Source of the DNA: Dicyema japonicum
Lineage: Eukaryota; Animalia; Dicyemida
Direction of reading: 5' to 3'
Assembly: GCA_011109175.1 (NCBI GenBank)
Contig: RDEW01000010.1
Span: 479,837-543,836 of the forward strand
Length of the DNA: 64,000 bases
Part shown: positions 45,708-57,000 of the stretch, piece by piece
How the letters are laid out: each line of letters begins with the position of its first letter
Numbering within the stretch: the first letter of the stretch is position 1
Position numbers and translations under genes: made by a program
Notes under the pieces: model-generated
The model's input: only the letters and a program-made list of their open reading frames with translations
Databases searched by the model: none
Told to the model about the DNA's origin: nothing

Positions 45708-46997
45708 ATGGAAGAAATCCCACTTAGTGAATTCACAGAAATAATAAGCCATGACACTGACGGGGACAGAGAATACCTCAACAATTTTTCTCTGTATTGG
45801 CCATTGGATGTATAACTATTTTAACACGAAAGGAACATCAAATTCAAACACCACATGGTCCTCTTCTTGTGGCTGTTCAAGGAAATCCTGAAAAGCCAGC
45901 CATTTTGACTTTTCATGATCTCGGAATGAACCGTTGAGGAATATCATAAATCTAGACATTTCCTGCTTTCAAGGCTTCTTTTCTCTCTTAGACGTTCAAC
46001 CTCTTCTCAGCCGGTTCTGTGTATACCACGTGAATGCCCCTCTTCAACAGTACGATGCTCCCACAGTTTTTAAAAGGTGTTGTTTACTGTTTTACAAAGA
46101 CACGCGGGATTCTTATCCAATTTCTTTGGGTTTTCTGACAATGACAACTACCCAACCCTTGATAAAATAGCCACGTGCTTGTTATCGGTCGTAGAATACT
46201 TTGGGTTTTTAACACGTGTGTTATCTTAGAATTTCACATTTTGTTGGATTCGGAGTCGGAGCTGGAGCTAATATTTTAGTCCGATTTGCAGTTTTTGACA
46301 CGTGAATGACATTTAGTTGAGTTGGCCGGACTACGTGGACGCCTTGTATCTTATAAACTGCGACATTGGAGATACCACGTGGATGGAGTCTCTCGTCAAT
46401 AAGGTAACAACTGTCAATAAATTAGTATAATCAATGGTACTTGCGAGCCGATAAATCGAATGGATTTGTGGAGGACAGTTTTATCAATTATTGGTTTGGG
46501 GATGTAGTTTTCTATGTCACGTGTGCTAGTATACTCAAGAAAACAAGGCCCAACTGGTCTCGTTTTACCGTGTTGTGTTCAACAGCCTCAAATTCAGGAA
46601 CTTGGCTTATTTAGCGCTGCATACTCAGAGTTTGATTTCTTTTTATTGGTAGGAGATCTGCCATTGAGATGGAGAGACCGATCATGGGACAGTCTGAGAT
46701 GTCCATAAAGTGCCCCAACGTGTTCGTGACAGGACAGTTTGCTCCTTTGGTGGACAAAATAAGCCTCAGTATGGAGAATATGGATCCAAAAATGTCATCT
46801 CTTTTAGTGGTTGACAAAAATGTTTAACTCAGCTATCTGACTGTGGGGGGATGCCGTTAGAAGAGAAACCTCTGAAGGTCCTTGAGTCCTTTACTCTGCT
46901 TCTCCAGGGAGTGGGATATGTCCCGTATTTAAGTAAGCAGCAGATGCGGTCTGAGAGTGTGAGTTTTTCCGGTTGTAAGGCATCGGGCTTTAGTTAG
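45708..46997 (+). CDS. NDRG: NDRG-family protein (alpha/beta hydrolase fold); nine 22-26-nt introns; one unresolved frame break near 46570-46605
   Basis: KPAILTFHDLGMNH, FCVYHVNAP, YPTLD, FVGFGVGAGANILVRFA, SDCGGMPLEEKP, LLLQGVGYVP. Confidence 0.9.
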
Positions 46998-47149
46998 AGT
47001 TGACACTAAATTCATTAACAATTTAGATTTTAAATATGTAGTGTTTTGGTTAGGTCTTGTGGGTTTTGTGTGCTGTTGTAGTGATGGGGATATGTTTATG
47101 TGTATACGTAAGGATATGAATGAGATTTAAGAAGTCAAGTGAGAGAATG

Positions 47150-47850
47150 TGTTGGGAAGTTATAAGAAAATAGTTAAACCAAAAAAACAAACTAACTGAT
47201 CCCGACAAATTTAATCCAGGCTCGATGCTCTTCTCCCTTACGATCCTACACAAGTTCGTTGGGATCGGGTTTTTTGATCAGGTCTCCTCCGTTACTCGTT
47301 TTGATTAGGATCTCCAAGGGTGTCGGCATAATGCTCTTTTCGTTCCTAGATCACTTCTCTGTCACTCCAAAAGCCCCTTTTCGTTTAACCTCTATTTTCT
47401 GTGCATTAATCCAAGAGATGTAAGGTCCCCATGAGGCACATGCATAGGAAATGGACGGCTCAATGTACTGAAAGTAAAATGTTGTTATTATGAGATAGTT
47501 TCCGATTTTTCATAGCCCTGTTAGGCATTTCAGCAAGTTGATTTTTTCTCACATTTTTGACACATTTACAACTTACCGTGAGAAACACATAAGCGTATCA
47601 TAGACCATAGGATTTTCTGACATTTCTTAAATGGCAATGTTTCACATCCACTTCAATTTCAATTGACTTGTTTGACATTTTCTTGTAGGGATTAAAGGTT
47701 TTTTCAGGGCTGATTTTCAGTCGGTTTTTGCTCAGCCACACAAGCAAACAGTTCAAGCAATGTTGTACTCTCCGTTGATGCCTGAAAGTCATGATTCCGT
47801 GATATTAAAACGATGTCGTCTGCATAAGCCAAGGGAAGATCGTTGTCTCC
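47150..47850 (-). mobile_element. Ingi/I-group LINE 3' half, degenerate
   Basis: LAYADDIV, WLSKNRLKISPEKT. Confidence 0.65.
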
Positions 47851-48099
47851 ACACGGTAATTAACAACTACTATTTTCCTTTCAAATATGCTTAAATCGAT
47901 TTATTGAAAAGTTTGTATTTAATTCGAAATTTCGAAAAAATTGATTTTTAACTATTTTGCCTAGTTAATTCTTACTTTTTTAAAAACGCATAAATCTATA
48001 TTTAAACGGACATAATCTCCTCTTCTCAGCGAAAATTGAATTTTGTAAAAACGCTACTTTGATACTACAAAAAATGGTTCCACCAAACAGTAGATCATC

Positions 48100-48442
48100 T
48101 CTACTACCAATATATACTTCCGTCAATCAGCTACTGCTGCGCGCATGGGGTACTAACATATCCCACACCAACTAAAGAAATAAGCTTCTTCCAAGAGACA
48201 GCAACATAGACCCTACAAAGATCTTCCTCTCGATATTAAAACAAACCCCGTTCGAGGAACTCGTGAGGAATACGGGAACTCTGCCAAAATCTCTAAACCT
48301 CAAAAAGTCATTCGTACACACCGGAAATGTGTCGGCACTCGAGAGGAACACCGAAAAAAGATGAGGCGGCTGCTCAAGGAGGCCGGAATCACCTGACGGC
48401 CCCTACTCTCCTTTGTTTTGTTGGAGATTCTTGGTTCTAAAT
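48100..48442 (+). mobile_element. Ingi/I-group LINE 3' end; its tail is the hAT target
   Basis: MRRLLKEAGIT*; tail resumes as TTCTAAATAAATAAAA after 50589. Confidence 0.65.
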
Positions 48443-50589
48443 CAGGGATTCTCAACGGCGGCCCCCCCAGGATTTTGGTAAGGCCCGCTTAAAATTATAA
48501 AAAAATATTACATATTTTACATAATGCAGCCGGATTTTAACTGTGCTTTTTCTTTCTTTTGTTTCGTACAATAAACTTTTTATGGTTAAAAATTTTTTAC
48601 ATATTTTAACTATTGTTTTTAAATTAAATATTTTTGTATTAAATTTTAATTAATATTGCTTGTGATGTCTGGAAAACGTGTTAAAAGAAGTAGAAAAATT
48701 ATTTAAGAAAATCGTGCATTTAACCCCGAATGGGAGGAAAAATTTTTCGTTTTTGAAGAAAATGGCAAAGCACATTGCCTGATTTGTCATTTTGTTATAC
48801 GATGTCTTAAGTTATATAATGTCGAGAGGCATTATATGAAACATTCTTCAGAATATGATTCATTTCAAGGTGAATCAAGAAAAATCAAATTTCTATCTAT
48901 GAAATCAAATCGCAAACTACAAACCACTTTGTTTAAACAGCCCATGTCATCAAGATCCGCTACAATAGCTTCTTTCAAAATTTGTCATCTACTTGCAAAA
49001 AATATGAAGCCGTATTCAGATGGAGAATTTATTAAGCAAGCTATCCTTATATTTACTGAAAAATGTTGTTCTTCAGAAATTAAAAAAATGTTATAAACTT
49101 ACAGCTAAGCAACGATACAGTTACTCGGAGAATTGAGAGAATATCTGACGATATTCAATGCCAGCTACTCACTGAATCCAACTTTTTCGTACACTATTCT
49201 ATTGCTCTTGACATCACTAAAGATATTAGTGATACAGAACAAATGGCTGTGTTTATTCGAGGTGTCATGCCTGACTTCAAAATTTATGAAGAATTTCTCA
49301 CGCTACGTAACTTTCATGGTTCTACTAAAGGAGCTGATATATTCCGTGAATTTCGTGATTGCCTTGAAAAGGCACATTTGGATCTTTCAAAAATGTTTTC
49401 AATTGCCACAGATGGATGTCCTTCTATGGTTGGATGGAAAACTGGGTTTCAAGGTCTCTTAGCTGGATGGCGAGTAGATGATGAGTTGAGTCCTGTGATT
49501 TGGCATCACTGCATACTACATCAAGAAAATTTAGCTGCAAAATCTATGAAAATAGACCATGTAACAGAAACGGTCATTTCAATCGTAAGTTTTATTCGCT
49601 CTCGTGTTTTAAATCACCGCAATTTTAAGAAATTTCTCGAGGATGTTGATGCTGAGTATGGAGATTTGCTCATGCATACAACCGTACGATGGTTGAGTCG
49701 GGCAGCAGGTCTAAAAAGGTCGTATAAATTTTAAATAAATCGCATTTAGATTTTATGACCTTCTCCCGGAGATTATAAATTTTATTGACAATGAGATATT
49801 CTATCTAGAGCTTACTGATAAGGAGGGGATTGCGGATCTTTGATATTTCTACACACCTTTCGATTTTGAATACTTCTCTGCAGGGTAAGAACAAACTATG
49901 TCATGAATTATACGGACTGGTTTCTGCATTTATCGAAAAACTACACCTTTTCAAAATACAAATTGCAAATAGAGTTACCATTCATACCTTTCAAACCACA
50001 GGGAAGATGGATCATATGAAAAATATACCTCTGTTATTAGTGACTTAATCGATGAATTCGAAACACGTTTTAATGATTTTAAAGAAGCTCTACCTATTAT
50101 ACAAATATTTTCGTCATTTATGGAAACAGATGCTGCAACCGCTCCATATGTATATCAGATGGAGCTAATTGAAATGCAGGCAGATTTACAACTTACCGCG
50201 CTATTTAAGTCAAGTGAACTATTGGATTTTTGGAGTCGAATTCCACAATGGAAATATCCGAACTTGGTCGATAATGCTCAAAAAATGCATCAGTCTTCGG
50301 ATCAACGTATGCATGTGAAGCTCTTTTCAGTAAACTTACGCGAATAAAAAGTAAGTATCGAAATCGATTGACTGATGAACACCTAATTCAACTTTTACGT
50401 ACATCGTCTTCGAACTTTACTCCTCGTTTCGATAAAATAGTAGACGCCAAGCAAAATCAAGTCTCACATTGATTCTCTTATTACGTAATAAAGCCTTTTT
50501 TCTTTAATCAAATAAAATATTTTTTGGGCCCGCAAAGATACTCTTAATTATCGATTTGGCCCTTGAGCTAAAAAGGTTGAGAACCCCTG
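48443..50589 (+). mobile_element. Full-length hAT (Buster/SPIN-type) transposon with disrupted transposase (~48665-50472)
   Basis: TIRs CAGGGATTCTCAAC / GTTGAGAACCCCTG; perfect TSD TTCTAAAT; motifs MKPYSDGEFIK, ATDGCPSM, HCILHQENL, VRWLSR, FGSTYACEALFS. Confidence 0.95.
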
Positions 50590-50699
50590 TTCTAAATAAA
50601 TAAAACGCATGATTGATCAGTTAGCCAAGTATTTAATTGATTGGAAGATTAAGGAGGTCTCTATTTCACAAAATATCTACCTAGCTTCATAATGCAAGA

Positions 50700-52270
50700 C
50701 ATTGAAAATGTCCTTGTGACCCACATGAAAACCAAAGCTCTCCTTCCTGTGAGAAATCAAAAATTTTCCTAATCAGGGACCATTTCACGATGCTCCTTGA
50801 CAAGTGTAAACAGCGAGACATCAAGCTCACTGCCGTTGGATTTTCACAAACAAAAGGAGAATTATTCCTACCCTCAGTTATCAAATTCGGATTCTACGGA
50901 CCATCCAGAGACTAAGCCAGAGCTTTTCAAAAAATAATTCTCGCGGCACACTAATCGTAAAAAAAATAATCCACGGCACACATTAAAAAATAAAAAAATT
51001 AATTTTTTAATGTGTGTAAAACTAAGTACAAAAATTGGTAATTTAATGCCCAAATTTTTATTAATAAAAAAATGAATTCTTAATTATTATTGTTTTTGCA
51101 TATATCATCAATATCATGTCGAATGGTTAACAAAGGCACTCGCATTTCAGCACAAATCCGGCGAGAAACAGTGTTATCTGACAAAGGTATCTTCATTATT
51201 TTTTGTTCATATTTATGACCCAACATAGTCCGAGCAATAATACGACAAGCAGGGATTATCAAGTTTTCGCCAATATTGTGAGGTTTTAGTTGTTTTGCTA
51301 TCACTTCTGAGATCAGGTATAAACATTTCAATGATTCCTTTGTGTTTAAAAAAGTTTCACTGAACATCATTTGACTAGATCTACGATTCATAGTAAAAAC
51401 CAAATATACTTAAGTTGTTTTTTTTCAAATGGATAAAATAATCCACAGATTTTTCGGAATAGTCCGGATGCTTGGAAGTAAAATGTCTCTTTAGTTTGCT
51501 AAGAACCATAGCATTACTTGCCAAAAATCCATGCAAATTAGACATTGAGGTAGTTTATTTTTATCTTTGCATATACATCCAAATGACATATAAGAATCTT
51601 TATAAGAACGACGAACTGATTTACCCATAAACAAGTTGATGCGCACGTTATTAAAAAATTTATAAATAATGGTTAACCAATGTAAATGTCATTTAATGTA
51701 TAATAAAAAATGATTATTTTAATTTTAGTAATTATTTTAATTCGTTTATCTTTTTAAATTAATTAAGTCAAAAATGTATATAAATTTATTCAAATTTGTA
51801 TTTGGCAGGCGGCACACTAGAAATTGTCTTGCGGCACACTTAGTGTGCCGCGGCACACCGTTTGACAACCTCTGGACTAAGCCCTCAGTCATGACAAAAA
51901 CATGATATCCGCTAAAGCCACCAGAAGCCTTGGTATCAACATGCTTCTGGGACGTATTCCATTTATTGTTGACGGAAGCGAAATTTCCTTACCGTGGGAA
52001 TTTCGTGTACACTTGGCTCGCCTACGTTGTGGTCATCACATGGATCTACTTTCGTATCTTTACATGATTGGACAATCGTCAACTCCACCATGTCCATCGT
52101 ACTTTCTTGACGACCAGAAGACGAGTCACCTCTTGTCCGGGTCCACCTCCTAGTTCTGCAGAGAACCAAATATAACTGTCGGATCTCTGGGAGTGTCCGC
52201 TTTTGGCTGTAACGTTTTGTTAGCCACCGGTTTTTTTCACTCGAAGGGACCGGGGGTAAATAAAATAAAT
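50700..52270 (+). mobile_element. Ingi/I-group LINE C-terminal remnant, split by a hAT element
   Basis: LPWEFRVHLARLRCGHH..PPCPS..TSHLL; ends GGGGTAAATAAAATAAA. Confidence 0.7.
50918..51874 (-). mobile_element. Internally deleted Buster/Charlie (ZBED5-like) hAT element
   Basis: TIRs CAGAGCTTTTCAAA / TTTGACAACCTCTG; perfect TSD GACTAAGC; IAKQLKPHNIGENLIIPA..IPLSDNTVSRRI; CGGCACAC subterminal repeats. Confidence 0.92.
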
Positions 52271-52374
52271 ATCTGGAAAAAGATAATCAGAAGAGTCTTC
52301 AGAAGATGTTTCCTTAATACCTACAAATACAGTTTGCAGATTCCCTAATGAACTGGTCCCAATTAAGCTCACAG

Positions 52375-52600
52375 ACCGCGTGGCGCCATGTGGCTAGTTG
52401 GTCAATAATTTTTTCCTTCCCTCCGATGGCGTCATTGGATCCACCATACTGAGGAGACGCCCATTGCCTGCCGTTATCAAGAGTATCACCTATTCATTCC
52501 CCGGGGACACTTCGTTTCCCGAGACAAGTTCAGGAACGCTGAACGAGTCAGGATCAAGGAGTTAGTTAGTTCACCCTTGGTCTTTGGAATAATTTTAATT
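52375..52600 (+). mobile_element. Structured-head short element (copy E, tail type ii)
   Basis: GACCGCGTGGCGCCATGTGG..GGCGTCATTGGATCC..GAGACGCCC; tail CTTGGTCTTTGGAATAATTTT. Confidence 0.7.
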
Positions 52601-53794
52601 TATATCAAAAATGATTCCCACCGACATAATCTATTGCCTCTACGATCGCAACAGAGATCCACTGAAGAAGCTATCGAGTCTCACGTACGACGTGGCTTTT
52701 TAGTGTAGCTGGGCGTCCCAGTTTCTTTAGGAAACGAAGCCCTCACAGATTGTATGGAAGCATTAATTTAATATCTTCCACCCAAATTGAGAGAAAGGGA
52801 GAAATTTCAAGGAAAGAAGTGATCTTTAATAAAGCAATATATAAACATTGATTAGAGATGAACAATCTATTTTCTATGTGAATGTAAGAGTCACGTGTAC
52901 GTGACAGATATGTGATTAAAATGGAGGAAAGGGGACTTACTTCTCTACCTCTCTTCAGAAGCTGATGCCTGTAATGGACTATTGGAGGATGAATTTTGTC
53001 GTTACAAGCAGGCGTTCTCCCTTGCGTTCCTTCCTAGGATTAATTACCTATGACTGTTTTTGCTAGGATTACCAAAGATTGTATGCCTGTGGTTAACAAA
53101 TACTAAAATAAATACCTCTTCGTCACTATCTATCTTCACCTATTAACAGATCCGGAAGTTTTATATACGACGCTCGAACATAACTCTGTTGCATATAATT
53201 TGCCATTTTATCTTGAATAACCGTTTTCATTAGCTCTATCAAATAGTTTTCTTCAGTGCTGAGGACATTAATCATCTCTATCTCTAATACAAGCTTGGTG
53301 GCTACTTTTCAATGTCCTTGAATTATTTTGTACTTTAATCAATAAGATAATCGATAATTTTTATATCACTTTAACCAATAGACCCACCCATGTTGTCTAT
53401 ATCGTTGATTAGAACTTAACATTTTTTGGAGAATTGAACTTTTAGATTTTATTATATCTACCTTGCTTGTTGTGAAAAAAATTTGTTTCCCAATAATTAT
53501 AAAAAAGGCTAAAATGTCAGTGGACTATATGGCTACGTGATGCACTGAAATGATTAACGACAATACACGAGAAGACACGATGAAGTGATAAAGTGCATAC
53601 GAACGTCAGGTTCAACACGACAAGTCTGATATTTTTGTATATAACAAAATGAAGACTGAAACTAAGATTATTAAAGTCGGAATCATTCAGGAATTACTTA
53701 ACTCAGTTAAATAGAGAATCAAGAAATTTTGACTTTATTCAAATAATAGTAAGATAGTTTCCTTATCTTCAAAAGTTAATAATTTTATTATTAT

Positions 53795-53857
53795 ATGTCA
53801 TTGTTTAGAACAAGTCTTTGGGACATGTCATTGTTGAGAACAGGTCTTTGGGACATG
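53795..53857. repeat. 30-bp tandem repeat, about 2 copies
   Basis: ATGTCATTGTTKAGAACARGTCTTTGGGAC x2. Confidence 0.85.
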
Positions 53858-54071
53858 GTCACTTTTTCAATATTTTCAGTTTCCTGGTGTAAATAAGAGG
53901 CAACAACATAACAAAAAAGTTGCCAACGATTGCCTCCGAATTTTCTGTATGTAATTTTTACGATTCCTAGCTCATACAATCTTACTTGGAATTTAATCTA
54001 ATTATGCAGTGAGAATAATAAACAAACAATGGCATGCAATATTTATTTACAAAACAATAGATAGTAAAAAA

Positions 54072-57000
54072 TTATAAATTGCGAGAATATCTGTTTTTTG
54101 ATCCAAAGTGAAACCCATCCGGCGTATTAGGTCTGGGTTTACGGTATCCTTGGGGTGGTGGATACATCATATTACCCCGGTACATATCATTCCGCGGAAA
54201 ACGACTAAACCATACAAATAAACTACTACAATGGGTCTGGATAGTTGCCTCTCATACGACGAGGAACCATCTGAGAAGAATAATAACCATCCCCAGAAAT
54301 CAACGACGGGGAAGGGTTCGTGTTATATGGATCATAGGCAGATACGTTCGAATACTGAGGGTACGGGATTTGGTGCATATTTGAAGAAGTGTAGAAGTGA
54401 TTAGGGGTCGGAGGGGGTCCCCTTTGGTTATAATGCATCTGCATATAATTCTAAAGATTAATGATACGTGTAAAACTCCGTTGGGACTATTTGAGTAAGT
54501 GGACAGCAATGGAGGTCTAGAAAACTGCGGAGGTCGCCGAGAAAAACTTCCATCCATGTTAGGTAACGGTGTGGACTGTCTGTAAGAAACACTACACCTA
54601 TCAAAAATCAAATACTGAGGATTGAATTGATCTGGGCGGACATTAAGGCAGTCCATGGCCATTCGATTCTTCCTATAAGGACTCGCAGATACAAAGTCGT
54701 TCTCGTACGTTGAAGGAACTTGGTATCTCGGGTGATATCCCCTGTTCATCATCCCTAAAGGAACTGGGAATTGAAAAAGACACTTACTGTCGGACGAATC
54801 CTGCGCCATTTGGCTGTACGATCTCCGAGAAGGCTGGAGACTCGTTTCCGGAGAATCCTGAACAAAATTCATGCTTGGTTGACTCTGAAAGTCACAAGAA
54901 AACAAACATTTGATCGAGTAGATTCCTTAGGACATGTCTCCATGTGACTGGTGTCGATTTCTTGAAAGTAAAAGACTCAGGTATTGAGTTCATATGAGTG
55001 TGGAACGCCAAGAGACTAGATTTTACAAAAAAACCGTGATTACCGATTATCACAAAAATATTTGAGCTCATGTCCTTCCAGATTATGCATTGAAGTGTGA
55101 GAGAAATTCAAAACAGAGCCTTGTAACCCTCGATGATCTCCCATGGATTCAGGTACAGGCGATCCGAGACTTGAAGGCCCTGAAAATCAGATCCTTAAAA
55201 ACCCCCATTGGATCGAACTTCACAGAAGACGACTTCTTGGATTTTGCATCTTGTCGGTGACCGATCGAGTTACACTTGACAATTTCGTCGTATATCTCAT
55301 CCTCGGGAGGCAGAAGAGACGAAATAAACTTTCTCGACCTTTCCGCGGATTCATTCATCTCCGGCTAGAATAAACCCACCACAAGACCCTGATCTTCTTC
55401 CTGAACTCCACGGTTGAGGATGAAAAATCCCCGTCAATCAGAATCGCCAAGGATGTGATCATGTCGTAGATAATCATAAACAATTCACTAAGTTCACTCA
55501 AACACAAATAGCACGTGTCAGAGTCGGGAGTCACAATCTCTCGCAGAATCAACTGGGAAAGGACGACCATCCAGTTCACACTTTGCTCAGCAATTACGTA
55601 ATCAAAAAGTTTCGTAAGCTAAAATGGAATCACTTAACTACCAATTGCATTCTCACGTAGAAGGGACAGAGGACTCGTTGTAGTAGTTTTTTCCGGTCAG
55701 ATTTACAGATCTAAATTAATTTGAGGACAACATTTTTAGAATGTTCTATTAATCTGACAAACTGGGAGAGCAGACTTTTGAGGACCAAATCACGTAGAGG
55801 TGGGTTCACAAGCAGACAGGCTTCGATCAGTCCAACAAAAACACAAATTTGTCTTGATTTCCCAGAATTACTAAAATATTAGTATTAATAAAATTAACAG
55901 TCAACATAAAAATTAAAATAACTTTCGACAAAAATGAGACATAATAAAATAAATATTTAAAAAGACATTAAACCGCTTAACTTTTTAAAGCATTCAAATT
56001 TCAAGTAGTTTTCAGTAAAATTTAAGCAAAAAATAGTAAAAATTAATATAAAACTAAAATATAAAAATTAAAAAAATAAGTTAATTTTATAAACGAGAAT
56101 TAAAAAATAATCTTTTACGCGACAATAAAAAATACCCAAAATTGGAATCAACACAGAAGGTCTCATCATCAAGAAGCTTAGAGGCTTCTTCGATAACTTT
56201 GATTTGCAACTGTGGAAGAGTCGCTATCAAGCGAGAAATGAGCCAATTGGCATTATCAGAAGAATTTAAAAGCTGATGAATCATCACAGCCACAGACGAC
56301 TCATTCTGCTCAAAAACAGGATTTGAGTCGAAAATGCGACGAAAAATGACGTGCACAATCATACTATTTACCTCCTAAGAGTACGTTACCAATATAACCT
56401 TTGGGCCAGCAATATGCTCAAGCAAGGTAACCTTCTGTGGGAGGTTCCACACAACCACGGAATCAAGCAGATCACCAATATAGACGGAAACCGAATTATC
56501 TGTGAAATCCAATGGGAGGAAGTGAGACTGACCAGGAAAACACATGTGGCGGACCATCTCAATGTACTGCTCATTCGTCATGCTTTCCTGTCTCTGAGAT
56601 GACAGAACTCTGTCCCTGACAACTGAATCGAAGAAACAGATCTTCTTGACCCAATATTGACTCGTTATCAGACTCAACCATGACCAGATCTCATCAACCG
56701 CTACTTTGTTGTTCACAAAAAGACTAAATTCACTAAAACTACAACTTCAATTTGGGAGTGTCTTGCCGGGATAAACTGTTGTCATGTTAAATAATAGAGG
56801 TTATCCGCACTAAAATGTCAAAATTCACCAAAACACCGAAAAATCCGTACAAATGCTGATAGAACTCAAACATGTTGTTCTTAGGGACCATAGTGTTAGA
56901 CCAATGAGTAAAGACTCGATCATATAGGCAGCTTAGTGAGTAGTAAATGAACTCTGAAGGAGCCCAGTCGGACATTCGGGATCGACAGTTGAAAATAAAG

